A stretch of 64,000 nt of DNA from an uncultured virus (IMG/VR IMGVR_UViG_3300050334_000070) (taxonomy: Duplodnaviria; Heunggongvirae; Uroviricota; Caudoviricetes): the IMG/VR virus record IMGVR_UViG_3300050334_000070. One strand, written 5' to 3'. The position numbers and the translations under genes are program-made. Shown in pieces: positions 30,666-40,725 of the stretch. Each line of letters opens with the position of its first letter. Position 1 is the stretch's first letter. A model generated the notes under the pieces. The model saw nothing but the letters and a program-made list of their open reading frames with translations, did no database searches and was not told where the DNA came from.

Positions 30666-33134
30666 TTATATCTGCTTCGGGAGCGCTTCCCAGAGCCGCA
30701 TATTCTCCTGCCCGAGCGACCAGAGGGCAATGCCGCGGAGCTTCCAGCGGTAAGCCGCTTCGTTGGCCCAGTAAACAAGGCTGTCCACATCCTGATAATA
30801 CAGGATGGAAAAGCCGTCCGCGTCTCCGAGAAAGAGACGGGATATCCAGATATTAATGTCCTTCGGGATGATTTTAACTTCATAATCGCTGCCGCAGGGA
30901 AGCGCCAAAAGCTGCGAGTGGAAGAAATCATAGTCCAGCGATATATCCTCCGTCCTCGTGGCTGTTTCCTCCACGTCGCTGTTTACCGAAAACACCTGAA
31001 ACTCCTCGTCCCAAGTGACGCCTGAGCGGGGAATCCTGCCGAAGCTAGCTGTTGTGCCGTCCGGAAGTTCCACATCAAAACGCTCGTATGGTTCATATAC
31101 CCATGCATCGCCCAGCCGCAGCAGCTCGCATACCGTCCGGTTGTCCGAGCAGTACCCTGCATAACCACTTCCACCGTTTACATTCACTGTGAAGCGCAAG
31201 GTTGAAGCTGCACCGGAATATACTCTTACCTTATTGCCGCGTTTTCGCATCTCTATAGTATACATATTCGGATTAGCACGAAGATCGGCATCTGCAGTTT
31301 TTGAGAAACTGGCGGAGTAGCTGCCAAGCAAGGAAGTACCTTGATAAAGCTCGACTCTTTGCGTGTCATAATTTAAGCAGCAGAAAATATCACCAAGGAA
31401 TACCCCAGCCCTTCCGCTGCTATTTTGAGGGAAGGCCAGCCTTGCCCGGATATGAATATCGGAAAACCCGTCGTATTTCCATGCAAGTTTGCCATATCCC
31501 TCAAGCTGGGAATATGGACGGTTTTCTGTGCTGTCTGGGTCTTGCCAAACATCCCATTCGCCATCCAGCACAGTCCAGTAGTTTTCAGGCAGGATGTTCC
31601 TGTCTCGAAAATCCTCATACCAAATAAGCGCCGAGTCGGGTTTTCTCCGCAGCATTTCAAAGGTCAGCTTAAACCCTCGATCTGGCCCGGCCATCACGCC
31701 GTTTACATCCTTAAATTGCCTCGGCGACTGCATATATGCCGCCTCGCCCGCAAAAGGGCGCTCTGTAAAATCGCTGCACACCCGAAATCCGTAAAACTGG
31801 ACTCCCGGCACACCTCCGCTGATGCTGACAGCATGCGTACCTACCGAAAGAAATACACCCTTTTCAAGAGTCAGCCAGCAAAGCCTTCTCCAGTACGGCC
31901 ACCACAGGCGGTTTTCGCTGAAGGTCTTCGCATTGCCGTCCAGGGAAACCGCAATCGCATTTTTGTCCCAAAAGGGGAAGCAAAGCCGGACGGCAATATC
32001 GTAGTATCCAGCCTCTGCAATCTCGAACCGGTACTCCGCCGACGCTTCCGCATCGCCAAGCGCGGCCATCTCCTCCGTAACAATGACATTTCCCTCATAC
32101 TCATCCGGAACGCCGTTTCTGTCAATATATACAGTCCCAAACTCCGCTTTCTGCTCCTTGCCGTAGCTTGTCAAATATCTCCGCCTGTTGTAAACCCCTT
32201 TTAGCAGCGGGTATTCCCAGGATACGGCGTCCCAGCCCTCCATATAGTCGTATACATGAGGCAGCGCCCACGGAACTTTGTTATAGTCATCCCAGTAAGC
32301 CACTATTGGAATAAACGGCTGGGGCGGCGCGTCATCGGTAAAGTTGTATGCCCCGGTAATCCAGTATTTGGCCGCATAGTAGGTGTTGGAAGTCCCCCGA
32401 TAGGTTTTGCCCAGATTCTCAGGCAAATCATAAATCTGCCAGTTCCAGCCATAGGCGGGAAGTCCCATGAATATCTTGTCCGGCGACATAGCAGTAACAG
32501 CATAATCGTAGATGCCCTCCAGCCAATCCCGGGGAGAAACGGGGCCGGGAGCGGAGCCCGCCCATGCCATGCCGTAGCTCATGATGGCGGCAGTATCACA
32601 GTATGGATCGAGGTCTGAATATACGCACCAGTTTTCACCGCCCACCGAGCCTTGTACACCGGTCATACCCGGCAGGCAGATGTTGACGAGTTTCTGCGGG
32701 TTATATGCTTTTACGGTATTATAGATATCCCGAAACAGGGCGTTTGCCGCATCCCTGTTTTCATACCCGCCGCCGCGCTCCAGGTCGATGTCCACCCCGG
32801 CGCACCAAGGATACTTTTGCATAATCCGCACGATCTCGGTGAGAAACTTGTCCTTTGCTCCATTCTCGTTATTACGAAGCGCGGTAAAAATACTGGCTAT
32901 TCCATGATTCATAATAGTGAGCAGCCACTTGATGTGCGGCCATTTCTGGATATACGGAAGCATGCTGATGATGCTGGTACCGGTTTCAGTGATTGTACCT
33001 GTTGCGTCAACCTCAAAAGTAAAAATGCCTACCGTATCAAAGCGGTCGCCATAGTCTCTAAGCGCTTCATACATTCGGGCATTTCCCATAAAACTCCACA
33101 CCATGCACCGCTTGCCTTTCAGATAATCCCTCAC
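30666..33134 (-). CDS. Glycoside hydrolase family 18 domain protein with inserted beta-sandwich domains (tail region)
   Basis: GVDIDLE, MSYG, GLPAYG and terminal LRGIALWSLGQE GH18 motifs. Confidence 0.8.
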   Translation of the reverse strand: MRDYLKGKRCMVWSFMGNARMYEALRDYGDRFDTVGIFTFEVDATGTITETGTSIISMLPYIQKWPHIKWLLTIMNHGIASIFTALRNNENGAKDKFLTEIVRIMQKYPWCAGVDIDLERGGGYENRDAANALFRDIYNTVKAYNPQKLVNICLPGMTGVQGSVGGENWCVYSDLDPYCDTAAIMSYGMAWAGSAPGPVSPRDWLEGIYDYAVTAMSPDKIFMGLPAYGWNWQIYDLPENLGKTYRGTSNTYYAAKYWITGAYNFTDDAPPQPFIPIVAYWDDYNKVPWALPHVYDYMEGWDAVSWEYPLLKGVYNRRRYLTSYGKEQKAEFGTVYIDRNGVPDEYEGNVIVTEEMAALGDAEASAEYRFEIAEAGYYDIAVRLCFPFWDKNAIAVSLDGNAKTFSENRLWWPYWRRLCWLTLEKGVFLSVGTHAVSISGGVPGVQFYGFRVCSDFTERPFAGEAAYMQSPRQFKDVNGVMAGPDRGFKLTFEMLRRKPDSALIWYEDFRDRNILPENYWTVLDGEWDVWQDPDSTENRPYSQLEGYGKLAWKYDGFSDIHIRARLAFPQNSSGRAGVFLGDIFCCLNYDTQRVELYQGTSLLGSYSASFSKTADADLRANPNMYTIEMRKRGNKVRVYSGAASTLRFTVNVNGGSGYAGYCSDNRTVCELLRLGDAWVYEPYERFDVELPDGTTASFGRIPRSGVTWDEEFQVFSVNSDVEETATRTEDISLDYDFFHSQLLALPCGSDYEVKIIPKDINIWISRLFLGDADGFSILYYQDVDSLVYWANEAAYRWKLRGIALWSLGQENMRLWEALPKQI

Positions 33135-33715
33135 AGGCGCTCACCCCCGTCCTGCATTTCCTGAAACTCAAAGAGCACCCGCGACGATTTCCTCTCCTCC
33201 AACTTGACCGTATGCTTGCTGTCCCATGCCGCCGTATACTGATAAAACCCATCCTTCCGGGCAGGACTGCCGTTTTTCAGGCACTGGCGGCTGGATGCCA
33301 GAATCGCTATTTCGTCGCCTGCATTCACCGGATCAAGAAACCTCGCCTTGTGCGCGCCCATGCCCTGGGAAAGCTCAATGCTGCCTGCCGCCATATCCTG
33401 CATGGGGTAGATATAGCAGTCAAGACCGGCGGATGTTTTGCCAAGGTTGAATAAAATAACCGTTTCCGCCGTCCGCACTACGCCGTTATAATGCCGGGGC
33501 AGGACTGGCTGCCCGTTTTCCTGCATCTTCGTTAGCATTTTGCTCGTGTGAACGGTGTACCCCGTCAGCCGGTCGCCCTCCTGAAGCTGCAGATCGGTAA
33601 AATAGATGGTTCCGATGCAGTCTGCAATAAGAAGGCGCACGGTTACGCCTGCCACATGCTTATCGCTTTTAATCTGTATGGTGTCCGCAAACCTTGAAAA
33701 CTGCATCCATTTCAC
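33131..33715 (-). CDS. Putative tail-associated protein
   Basis: Coupled ORF; N-terminus paralogous to the upstream small ORF (GTIYFTDLQLQEG). Confidence 0.65.
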   Translation of the reverse strand: MKWMQFSRFADTIQIKSDKHVAGVTVRLLIADCIGTIYFTDLQLQEGDRLTGYTVHTSKMLTKMQENGQPVLPRHYNGVVRTAETVILFNLGKTSAGLDCYIYPMQDMAAGSIELSQGMGAHKARFLDPVNAGDEIAILASSRQCLKNGSPARKDGFYQYTAAWDSKHTVKLEERKSSRVLFEFQEMQDGGERL

Positions 33716-33910
33716 CTACCCGTCCAATGTCCATTGTATCTCGCTCACATGACCGACCCAGCCGGTGGCCACCGAGCCGCCTTGCAGCAATAAGTCGGTG
33801 AAATACACAGTACCGCTACAGTCGGTGACGCACAGCCGGATGGTGATGGATTTTACCCTGCCCCCGCCTTTGGGAGAAATATTGTGTGCAGTCTGATTAA
33901 AATACGCCAT
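33716..33910 (-). CDS. Small putative tail-associated protein
   Basis: MAYFNQ...GTVYFTDLLLQGG; between the Tal-like gene and 33131..33715. Confidence 0.6.
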   Translation of the reverse strand: MAYFNQTAHNISPKGGGRVKSITIRLCVTDCSGTVYFTDLLLQGGSVATGWVGHVSEIQWTLDG

Positions 33911-33921
33911 ATCCACCACCC

Positions 33922-36444
33922 TCAAAGCAGGTCTATAAACCTTGTTTCTGTTGTACCGTCCTCGTATTCAATGACCACTTCAACTCCCACTTGGCCGTTT
34001 TCGCCCTTTTGGAGGTTTTCGGAAGCAATCTGCGCTGAAAAGGTGTAGCTTTTGCGCGTTGTCGGATATACCGTCTGCGACAGGCTCTTTGTCATACCTG
34101 GCACACCGATAGCCTTGAAGGAAGCCGTTCCCGAAACGCCGTTTTCTGTGTCCACCTCAAAACCGGAATTGACCCAGTAGGCAAAGCTGTCGTCCGCCCG
34201 GGAGTTGCGCAGGTGGTTGAAGGGCACCATATCCTTGATCTCCTGCCGGTCGAGCAGGTCGGTTGAAGACAGCGTGTCCGCCGCCTTGTCCCACTGTGCC
34301 GAAGAATCGCCGAGTTCCCGCAGTTTAGTTGAAAGCTCGATCACCGTTTTCCAGGGCTCCTGAAGGTTGTACTGCCGCCGCACGACGCGGGTCTTGATGC
34401 AAAGGCCCAGTTCCTTGTCGTCCACCGTTACGATATCGCCCAGTTTCCATGCTTCATGCTCATAGCAGGTCAGCGCCGACAGGTCCATGGCCGACAGCAC
34501 ATAGGAAACGCGGGGCTGCGAATATTCCGCAAGCCGCATCCTTGCATATTCCAGCATCTGATACGGATTGCTGAAAGAGGAACAGTCAAGCGTAGATATC
34601 CGCACTTCGCTGGAGAAACTGTAATCTTCCACATATTCCTTGCCTCCGTTAATTGAAGCAAAGGTCATTCCGTCCTTCCCGTAGGCATATAGCCTTGTCA
34701 CCAGTTCCCGCGTATCGACCACCCGCTGGATGCTTTTCAGGTTCTTTCTATACGAAAACAGCGCTCCGCTGTCGGTGCCGCTGAAAGTCAAAAGATGCAC
34801 CAGCCGGTTGGCGCTGTCAAAAACAAGGTCGCCGCCGTAGATGTTCTGCACCATGCGCAGGATGGACAGAGCATTTTTCTCGGTGCACCGCCATGTCCGC
34901 TTCGCGGTAACGGTTACGTTTCCCACCGACCAGCCGGTGCCCAGCAATGCATATTTCATTGGAACATCTGCAGTATCCGTATTGAAGTCCGCAGGTTCCT
35001 TTTCCGTGCTGAAGGACAGGTCGTAAAACGCCGCCTCGGCGTAAACCTGCGTAATGATGCGCCTGTCCTCGCTTTTGTTGTCGGTCAGAGTGCGGATTCG
35101 GTAGATGTCGCTTGCGATCTGCACCTGTTTTTCGTTTTCCAGCGCGCTTCTTTTCGGGTCGTGGAACGGGAGCTTGAACTCCAGCGTATCCGCGCCGTTG
35201 ACTTCGCCGGTGACGATGACGTCAAAAGCGTTTTCAAGAACAGCTTCCCATGCGCCGTTTTCATCCAGCACCACCGGACGGGCAAAACCGAGCTTTTCAT
35301 AGGGCGGTTTGGGGATGTCGTGAAGCTGGATTTCCAGCAGTTTCGGCGTTTTTGACGAGTCGGCGGTGGTCAGCGTCGCCCGAAAGCGGATGTATTGCCG
35401 GTTTGGAGACTGAAGCTCGCCGCTGGTTCCCACCGCCTGCCATGCCGACCATTCTACTAGATCATCACTTGTACATGTCTCCACCAAAGACACCGACGTT
35501 ATGCCTGCGGCATATTCGCTTGTCACCGCCACACGCCCGCTGCCTGATAAAGCGCAGGGAACTGCCTTGGTATACAGCACACCGCTGGCAGGGTATACGC
35601 CGTTTGACGCTTTCAGCGCAACCGCGCCCGGCTCCGTCAAGGCGTCCACGCTTGCGGCGCTGTCAGCGCCGTTGGCCAGCAGCGCATTCTTAAAATGCTG
35701 CGCCAGGTCGTCGATGGTCAGGCGCGAATCGGTCTCCAGAAACCAGTCGTCGAAGCCGCCCGCGAAATAATAGGTATCGGCGTGCATGCCCATGACAATA
35801 TTCGCCGTACAGGACGGGTTGAGCGTGCCGGTAAAGGTGCGCTTGGGTGCAATCCAGACCGCGCCGCTGCTTCGGTCGCAGAGGATAAACTGCGAGGTCT
35901 TGGCCGTCACCTCAATGACGGCCGCGATGAAGTACCAGCCGCCGTTGACCATAGAGAAGCCCGGCGTTTCGCTCTGATCAAGAATAAGGGAACCTGCGGA
36001 GTTATACAGCATCATGCGCGGCCTGCCCTGATAGAGGGATACATAGAAGATCGGCTTGCCCGGGCCTTGCCGGGTGTTGAAGATAGGGCAATATGTCTGC
36101 CCTACCGAATAGGTGGTGGGGTTGATCCAGCCGCCCACAACGATTTTTTCACCCAAACTGCTGAAAAAGCTGCCGTCGTTTGCCGCTATAAGGTGGGTCT
36201 TTTCAGAAGTCGGGTTGACGATGTTTTGACGGAAATATCGCCCGAATCTTCCGGCAATCAAGCTCGCCGAAGTGCCCGACCAGCCGGAGACGGTAAAATG
36301 CCTGCCGTGCCCGGACGAATCCAGAAGCCGCAGACCGCCGTCCGGCGCGCTTTCGTTGAACCGCCAAAGCGCGGACGTACGTTCGGTTACAGGAAACTCC
36401 CCGGTAAAATCCTCCTGATTCGTCAAGATTGATTTTATTGCCAT
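33922..36444 (-). CDS. Tail spike/Tal-like minor tail protein with N-terminal LamG-like domain
   Basis: ALWRFNE...DSSG.G LamG-like start; TRLYAYGKDG, LGDIVTV prophage tail motifs; follows Dit. Confidence 0.8.
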   Translation of the reverse strand: MAIKSILTNQEDFTGEFPVTERTSALWRFNESAPDGGLRLLDSSGHGRHFTVSGWSGTSASLIAGRFGRYFRQNIVNPTSEKTHLIAANDGSFFSSLGEKIVVGGWINPTTYSVGQTYCPIFNTRQGPGKPIFYVSLYQGRPRMMLYNSAGSLILDQSETPGFSMVNGGWYFIAAVIEVTAKTSQFILCDRSSGAVWIAPKRTFTGTLNPSCTANIVMGMHADTYYFAGGFDDWFLETDSRLTIDDLAQHFKNALLANGADSAASVDALTEPGAVALKASNGVYPASGVLYTKAVPCALSGSGRVAVTSEYAAGITSVSLVETCTSDDLVEWSAWQAVGTSGELQSPNRQYIRFRATLTTADSSKTPKLLEIQLHDIPKPPYEKLGFARPVVLDENGAWEAVLENAFDVIVTGEVNGADTLEFKLPFHDPKRSALENEKQVQIASDIYRIRTLTDNKSEDRRIITQVYAEAAFYDLSFSTEKEPADFNTDTADVPMKYALLGTGWSVGNVTVTAKRTWRCTEKNALSILRMVQNIYGGDLVFDSANRLVHLLTFSGTDSGALFSYRKNLKSIQRVVDTRELVTRLYAYGKDGMTFASINGGKEYVEDYSFSSEVRISTLDCSSFSNPYQMLEYARMRLAEYSQPRVSYVLSAMDLSALTCYEHEAWKLGDIVTVDDKELGLCIKTRVVRRQYNLQEPWKTVIELSTKLRELGDSSAQWDKAADTLSSTDLLDRQEIKDMVPFNHLRNSRADDSFAYWVNSGFEVDTENGVSGTASFKAIGVPGMTKSLSQTVYPTTRKSYTFSAQIASENLQKGENGQVGVEVVIEYEDGTTETRFIDLL

Positions 36445-36448
36445 GCGC

Positions 36449-37222
36449 TCACCTCCAGCGGCTTTTCGCCTGTATTTTTAACTCAGTAAAGGTCGCGTTT
36501 TCTGTAACAACTTCAACATTATTAACACCTTTTCTGAGAATCGGAAAATTCAGCTCCTGCAGGCTGGGAAGGCCGTTTCTCAGGGTGTTTCCGGCGGCGT
36601 CCGTCACCTTTGCGGTTACCATACCGGAATCAATGACAAGCGTCTCGCCCTCAGATAATGGGCCGGCAATCCGCAATTCCTCTCCATTTGTAATGAGGGA
36701 TATATAGCTTGAAGAGGATGCGGCGATCACGCCCTTCAAGAAATACACCGGCTCGGATTCGGCGTTCCCGGTAAGCCTCTCTATCTCATGTGTTCCTGTT
36801 CCGGAAATAACGAATATTTCATCCTCCAGCGCATAGGCATACGGGTCGGGGCAGACAAAACGAAGCTCGAAGCTTCCCGCAGTCCGAAGCAGCCGCTCGC
36901 AGTCCACCGCCTCCGAAAGCCGCGCCATGAAATAGCGGTCGGGCACGTCGTCGAGGATAAGCTGCTTAAGCCCGTTTGCCGGATTCAGCCATTCCGCCGC
37001 GTTATCCAGAACCGAAACCAGCCCGGCAAAGCTGCGCTGTGGAAGCACGCCGCAGCTTATGGTGATGGTTCGTTCGGAGATGTCGCACCCAAAATCCGCA
37101 ACTCCCGCTTTTCCCGGCACAGTTTCAAAGAAATTGCGCAGGGCAGGGTAGACCTGCCATTTGGTAAGCCTTGCCCGGATTTTCATGCTTTGCGACGATA
37201 TGCCGTTGTAGATAAATCCCAT
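36449..37222 (-). CDS. Distal tail protein (Dit)
   Basis: MGFIYNG, VPGKAG, DDVPDRY, FVCPDPYAY; follows tape measure. Confidence 0.85.
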   Translation of the reverse strand: MGFIYNGISSQSMKIRARLTKWQVYPALRNFFETVPGKAGVADFGCDISERTITISCGVLPQRSFAGLVSVLDNAAEWLNPANGLKQLILDDVPDRYFMARLSEAVDCERLLRTAGSFELRFVCPDPYAYALEDEIFVISGTGTHEIERLTGNAESEPVYFLKGVIAASSSSYISLITNGEELRIAGPLSEGETLVIDSGMVTAKVTDAAGNTLRNGLPSLQELNFPILRKGVNNVEVVTENATFTELKIQAKSRWR

Positions 37223-37234
37223 AAGCCCCCTCCT

Positions 37235-39523
37235 CTACGCTGTGCTGAAGCGGCCCTGCGCCCTTGAGCCGGTCTGCATCAAATTGTACAGCTCCTGCGA
37301 AATCCTGCGGATATCGTCCTCGCTGCGCACGATCATCTGCTGAACAACGACCAGCGGGCCGGAAGCTGAAACGGCGGATACGCCGCGTCCGTTTACGCTA
37401 ATGTCAGGCGAAATATTAAAGTCCGTTGGCACTGCATTTTGCATATCGTCCGCCACTCTTGCCATGGCCTTGTTAAAACCCTCGCCGAGGCCCAGCGCCA
37501 TATTGCCGCCGATGCCTTCAAAAACGGTGGACGGTGAGCGGATGCCAAGAAAATTCTTTACTCCATCAACAATACCGGAAAAGAAACCGGAAACCTTATC
37601 CTTAATCCAGCTACCAAGACTTCTTATACCTTCCCATATGCCTTTTACAATGTTCTTACCAATCTCAACCACCGAAACAACCGCCTTGCCCAAGCCTTCA
37701 AGGATGGCCGCCACAATCTGCGGGAGCGCCTTGACCAGCTCCGGAATAGCTTTGATCAGGCCCACGGCCAATTGGACGATAAGCGTAATTCCAAGTTCTA
37801 CGATCTTCGGAAGGTTGCTTGTAACGAAATCAATGATTGATGTAATAATCCTAGGCAGTGCCTCAATGAGTTTCGGCAGGGCGTTTAAAAGTCCCTGTGC
37901 CAGCCCCTGTATGATCTGAAACGCCGCATCAAGAATTTTATCCATATTGTCAAGAAGCACCTCGGCAATGAGGAGAATGGCTTCCACGACAGCCGGGATC
38001 AATTCTGGCAATGCCTCCCCGATGCCGGAAGCCAGCGTCGCAATCATTTGCACCGCGGCTTCCACCAAAGCGGGAAGGTTGTCAATAATCCCCTGCACCA
38101 GCGCCATTACAAGCTGCAAAGCGCCGTCGGTTATCTGCGGCAGTGCGTCGATTAAAGCCTGCAGCAGCGTCATGACAATCCGCACCGCCGCGTCGATAAT
38201 AACCGGCAGATTGTCCACAATAGCCCCGCCGATGGAAGTCACGATATCCAGGCCCACCTGAATGAGCTTCGGCAGGTTTTCCATCAGCATATCCACAAGG
38301 CTTCCCACCGTATTGCCAATGACCTCGCTTATCTTTGTCCAGTCGCCGTTGGCCTCGGACAGTCCCCGCGTAAAATCGCCAAGAAGTGTAACTCCGTCGT
38401 CGGCCAATATCTGAAGCTGGGGAAGCAGCACGGTGCCCAGCATGTTCTTTGCCGCCTCGCCGCCCGCCTTGAGCCGTTGGATGCTGTCGTCAAATTTTCC
38501 GAGGGCGTTCAGTGTATCCTCGCTCATCACCGCGCCCATGCGCTTTGCTTCCTCGGTCAGTTCCGCAATGCCTGCAGAACCTTGCGATATAAGGGGATTG
38601 AGTTCCTGCGCGGATTTGCCGAAAATTTGCATGGCCAGCGCGTCGCGCTCGGTTTCGTTGGACACCTTGCCGAGGGCGTCTATGGTTTCCCAGTAGACGG
38701 TTTCGCTGTTGCGCAGGTTGCCGCTCATGTCTGTGACCGAAACGCCGAGCCGCCTGTAAGCGTCCGCGATCTCGCCGGTGCCTTTTCTTGCTGAAGACAT
38801 GGATCTGACGTTCCTTGCCATGCTGCCGGTTAAAGTGTCCAAGGACACATCCACAAGCTCCGCCGCGTACTTGTACGCCTGCAGGCTGTCGGTGGACATG
38901 CCGGTTACGGTTGAAGCGGTTAGAATTTCATCGGCATAGGCCGCCGAATTTACCGACATATCCACAAGAGCCTTGCCCGCGCCTACTGCCGCCGTGCCGA
39001 TGGCGGCCATAGCCGCGCCCATGGCCACGCCGATCCCTTTCAAAACTCCGCCCAGTTTTTCAAAGCGGCCTCCCGCATCGTCCGCCTGATCCGCAGCTTT
39101 TTTGATCTCGCCGCCGAATTCGTCCGCCTGTTTTTCCGCTTCGTTAAACTCTTTTTCTGCAGCATCTAGCGCTTTGTTGTTTGCCTCCAGCTCGCGCTCC
39201 ATCTTGATTAGTTCCGCTTTGGCGTTGTTGAGCTGTATCTGCCATGACTGGGTGCGCCTGTCGGTTTCCCCGAAAGAGGAGGCGGCGTTGGCAAGCGCTT
39301 TCTCCAAGGTTGAGATTTTTTCTTTCTGAGCGTCCATTTCCTTGCTTAGCACCCTGTTTCGTGCAGCAACGGCTTCAACGGACTTATCCTGCTTATCGAA
39401 CTGGGATGCAACAAGGTTCATCTCGCTGCCCAGCACTTTGAAGCTTTGATTGATCTCCCGGATGGCGTTTTTAAACTCGCGCTCTCCTTCAATGCCGATC
39501 TTCAGGCCAAAATCGTCTGCCAC
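37235..39523 (-). CDS. Tail tape measure protein
   Basis: Coiled-coil N-terminus, Ala-rich, repeated LP.LI helical units. Confidence 0.9.
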   Translation of the reverse strand: MADDFGLKIGIEGEREFKNAIREINQSFKVLGSEMNLVASQFDKQDKSVEAVAARNRVLSKEMDAQKEKISTLEKALANAASSFGETDRRTQSWQIQLNNAKAELIKMERELEANNKALDAAEKEFNEAEKQADEFGGEIKKAADQADDAGGRFEKLGGVLKGIGVAMGAAMAAIGTAAVGAGKALVDMSVNSAAYADEILTASTVTGMSTDSLQAYKYAAELVDVSLDTLTGSMARNVRSMSSARKGTGEIADAYRRLGVSVTDMSGNLRNSETVYWETIDALGKVSNETERDALAMQIFGKSAQELNPLISQGSAGIAELTEEAKRMGAVMSEDTLNALGKFDDSIQRLKAGGEAAKNMLGTVLLPQLQILADDGVTLLGDFTRGLSEANGDWTKISEVIGNTVGSLVDMLMENLPKLIQVGLDIVTSIGGAIVDNLPVIIDAAVRIVMTLLQALIDALPQITDGALQLVMALVQGIIDNLPALVEAAVQMIATLASGIGEALPELIPAVVEAILLIAEVLLDNMDKILDAAFQIIQGLAQGLLNALPKLIEALPRIITSIIDFVTSNLPKIVELGITLIVQLAVGLIKAIPELVKALPQIVAAILEGLGKAVVSVVEIGKNIVKGIWEGIRSLGSWIKDKVSGFFSGIVDGVKNFLGIRSPSTVFEGIGGNMALGLGEGFNKAMARVADDMQNAVPTDFNISPDISVNGRGVSAVSASGPLVVVQQMIVRSEDDIRRISQELYNLMQTGSRAQGRFSTA

Positions 39524-39549
39524 AAAACCGCCTCCTTCCTGCAAAATCT

Positions 39550-39741
39550 TTAAATTCCATAGGGTATCACATCATCTATGGTCAGCTCCTGCTTCGGTTT
39601 GGAAATACCTAAGAACTGCTTGTGGCACTCCCATAAGTCCAGCAGGTATCCAATAGGCATGAGCCATGCTTCCTCCTCGGTGCGGTTTAGCTGGACGGTG
39701 CCGTAATATATGAGCCGGGTGAACAATTCCTCATCGCTCAC
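39550..39741 (-). CDS. Tail assembly chaperone, second (-1 frame) part
   Basis: EAWLMPIG.L.DL motif; reachable by a -1 slip at A AAA AAC (39759-39753). Confidence 0.75.
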   Translation of the reverse strand: MSDEELFTRLIYYGTVQLNRTEEEAWLMPIGYLLDLWECHKQFLGISKPKQELTIDDVIPYGI

Positions 39742-40121
39742 CCGGCCAGTGTGTTTTTTAAGTCATCCTCGCTTTGAACGTTTCTTTTCGTGCCTTTGAA
39801 CATCGCTTCCATAATAGCGTCTTTGTATGCCGCCAGCTCCAGCGGGGAGGTAAGAAGCTCCACCGCTTCTTCGGTCAGAAGCTCCCGCTTATCCTCATTT
39901 TTCAGGTTGTGTATCAGAATGCTCTGGTTGGCCAGCAGAGTAATCAGCCATACCACTTCGTCCAGCGCCATCTCGAAGTTTTCTTTTTTCATCAGCTTCG
40001 TGCCGAGATTTTCAAGTCCGCCGTACCTTTTAGCAATCTCCTTTGTCGCTCTGGTGGTTAGAATAAGCTGGTACTCCTCGCCGCCGATGCTGATGTTTGC
40101 GCTTCTGTCCGTATCCTGCAT
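39738..40121 (-). CDS. Tail assembly chaperone
   Basis: Between major tail and tape measure genes; ends with a slippery heptamer. Confidence 0.8.
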   Translation of the reverse strand: MQDTDRSANISIGGEEYQLILTTRATKEIAKRYGGLENLGTKLMKKENFEMALDEVVWLITLLANQSILIHNLKNEDKRELLTEEAVELLTSPLELAAYKDAIMEAMFKGTKRNVQSEDDLKNTLAG

Positions 40122-40720
40122 TATTCGCCGCCTCCTCCCGCAGCAAAGACAGGTTCATACACCTGCGTATACCAGCCGGTAATTGTGGCGGGCAATACGC
40201 CGGGATCGTCCTCGCTGACCTCCGCCTTCCACGGATGCCTGTCCTGGCCGTCCGGTTTGTTTCGCCGCATAACCGTTCCTTCGATGGTGGGCGTGGAAAA
40301 TGTGATGCTGTCGCCTTTCGTCTGCAGATTTGTCGCCGGGATACCGAATTTTACGCGGTACAGCCAGAAGTACCTGTACTTGCCGTTAGCCTTCTTGGCT
40401 CTAAAGCCGATTGCCACAGGAGCGCCTCCATCCTCGCTGGCGGAAATCAGCACCTTGTTGTCGTCAAGGGTGGCTCCCGTCAAAACCTCTGCAGCGGCGA
40501 CTCCGATGTCTGCAACTCCAAGCGACAGGGTGCCGCTTTGAAATTCCTTGACCACTTCTGCCGCTCCGTCGTCGGCATAAAGCGTCGCCTCGGCCAGTTC
40601 CACCGAAAGCTCCGCCGTAATCGCTTTAGCCAGCGGAACAGGCGTGTCATATGTCTCTTCTCCGTTTTCATTCTCGGTTATTTTTGCATAATACAGCCTG
40701 TCCAGTCCGATTGTCGCCAT
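40121..40720 (-). CDS. Major tail protein (phi13-like)
   Basis: MATIGLD.LYYA, LYADD, YRYFWLY.VKF, TKG..ITF. Confidence 0.9.
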   Translation of the reverse strand: MATIGLDRLYYAKITENENGEETYDTPVPLAKAITAELSVELAEATLYADDGAAEVVKEFQSGTLSLGVADIGVAAAEVLTGATLDDNKVLISASEDGGAPVAIGFRAKKANGKYRYFWLYRVKFGIPATNLQTKGDSITFSTPTIEGTVMRRNKPDGQDRHPWKAEVSEDDPGVLPATITGWYTQVYEPVFAAGGGGE

Positions 40721-40725
40721 GTCTC

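Noticed and set aside
29077..30931. ORF-track N-terminal extensions of the holin and SHOCT-like genes
   Set aside because: They overlap upstream genes and terminators; RBS-supported starts lie at 30580 and 29076.
33915..33930. RF2-like +1 frameshift at CTT TGA ending the Tal-like gene
   Set aside because: The +1 frame stops after a few codons, and the next ORF is in the -1 frame without a slippery heptamer.
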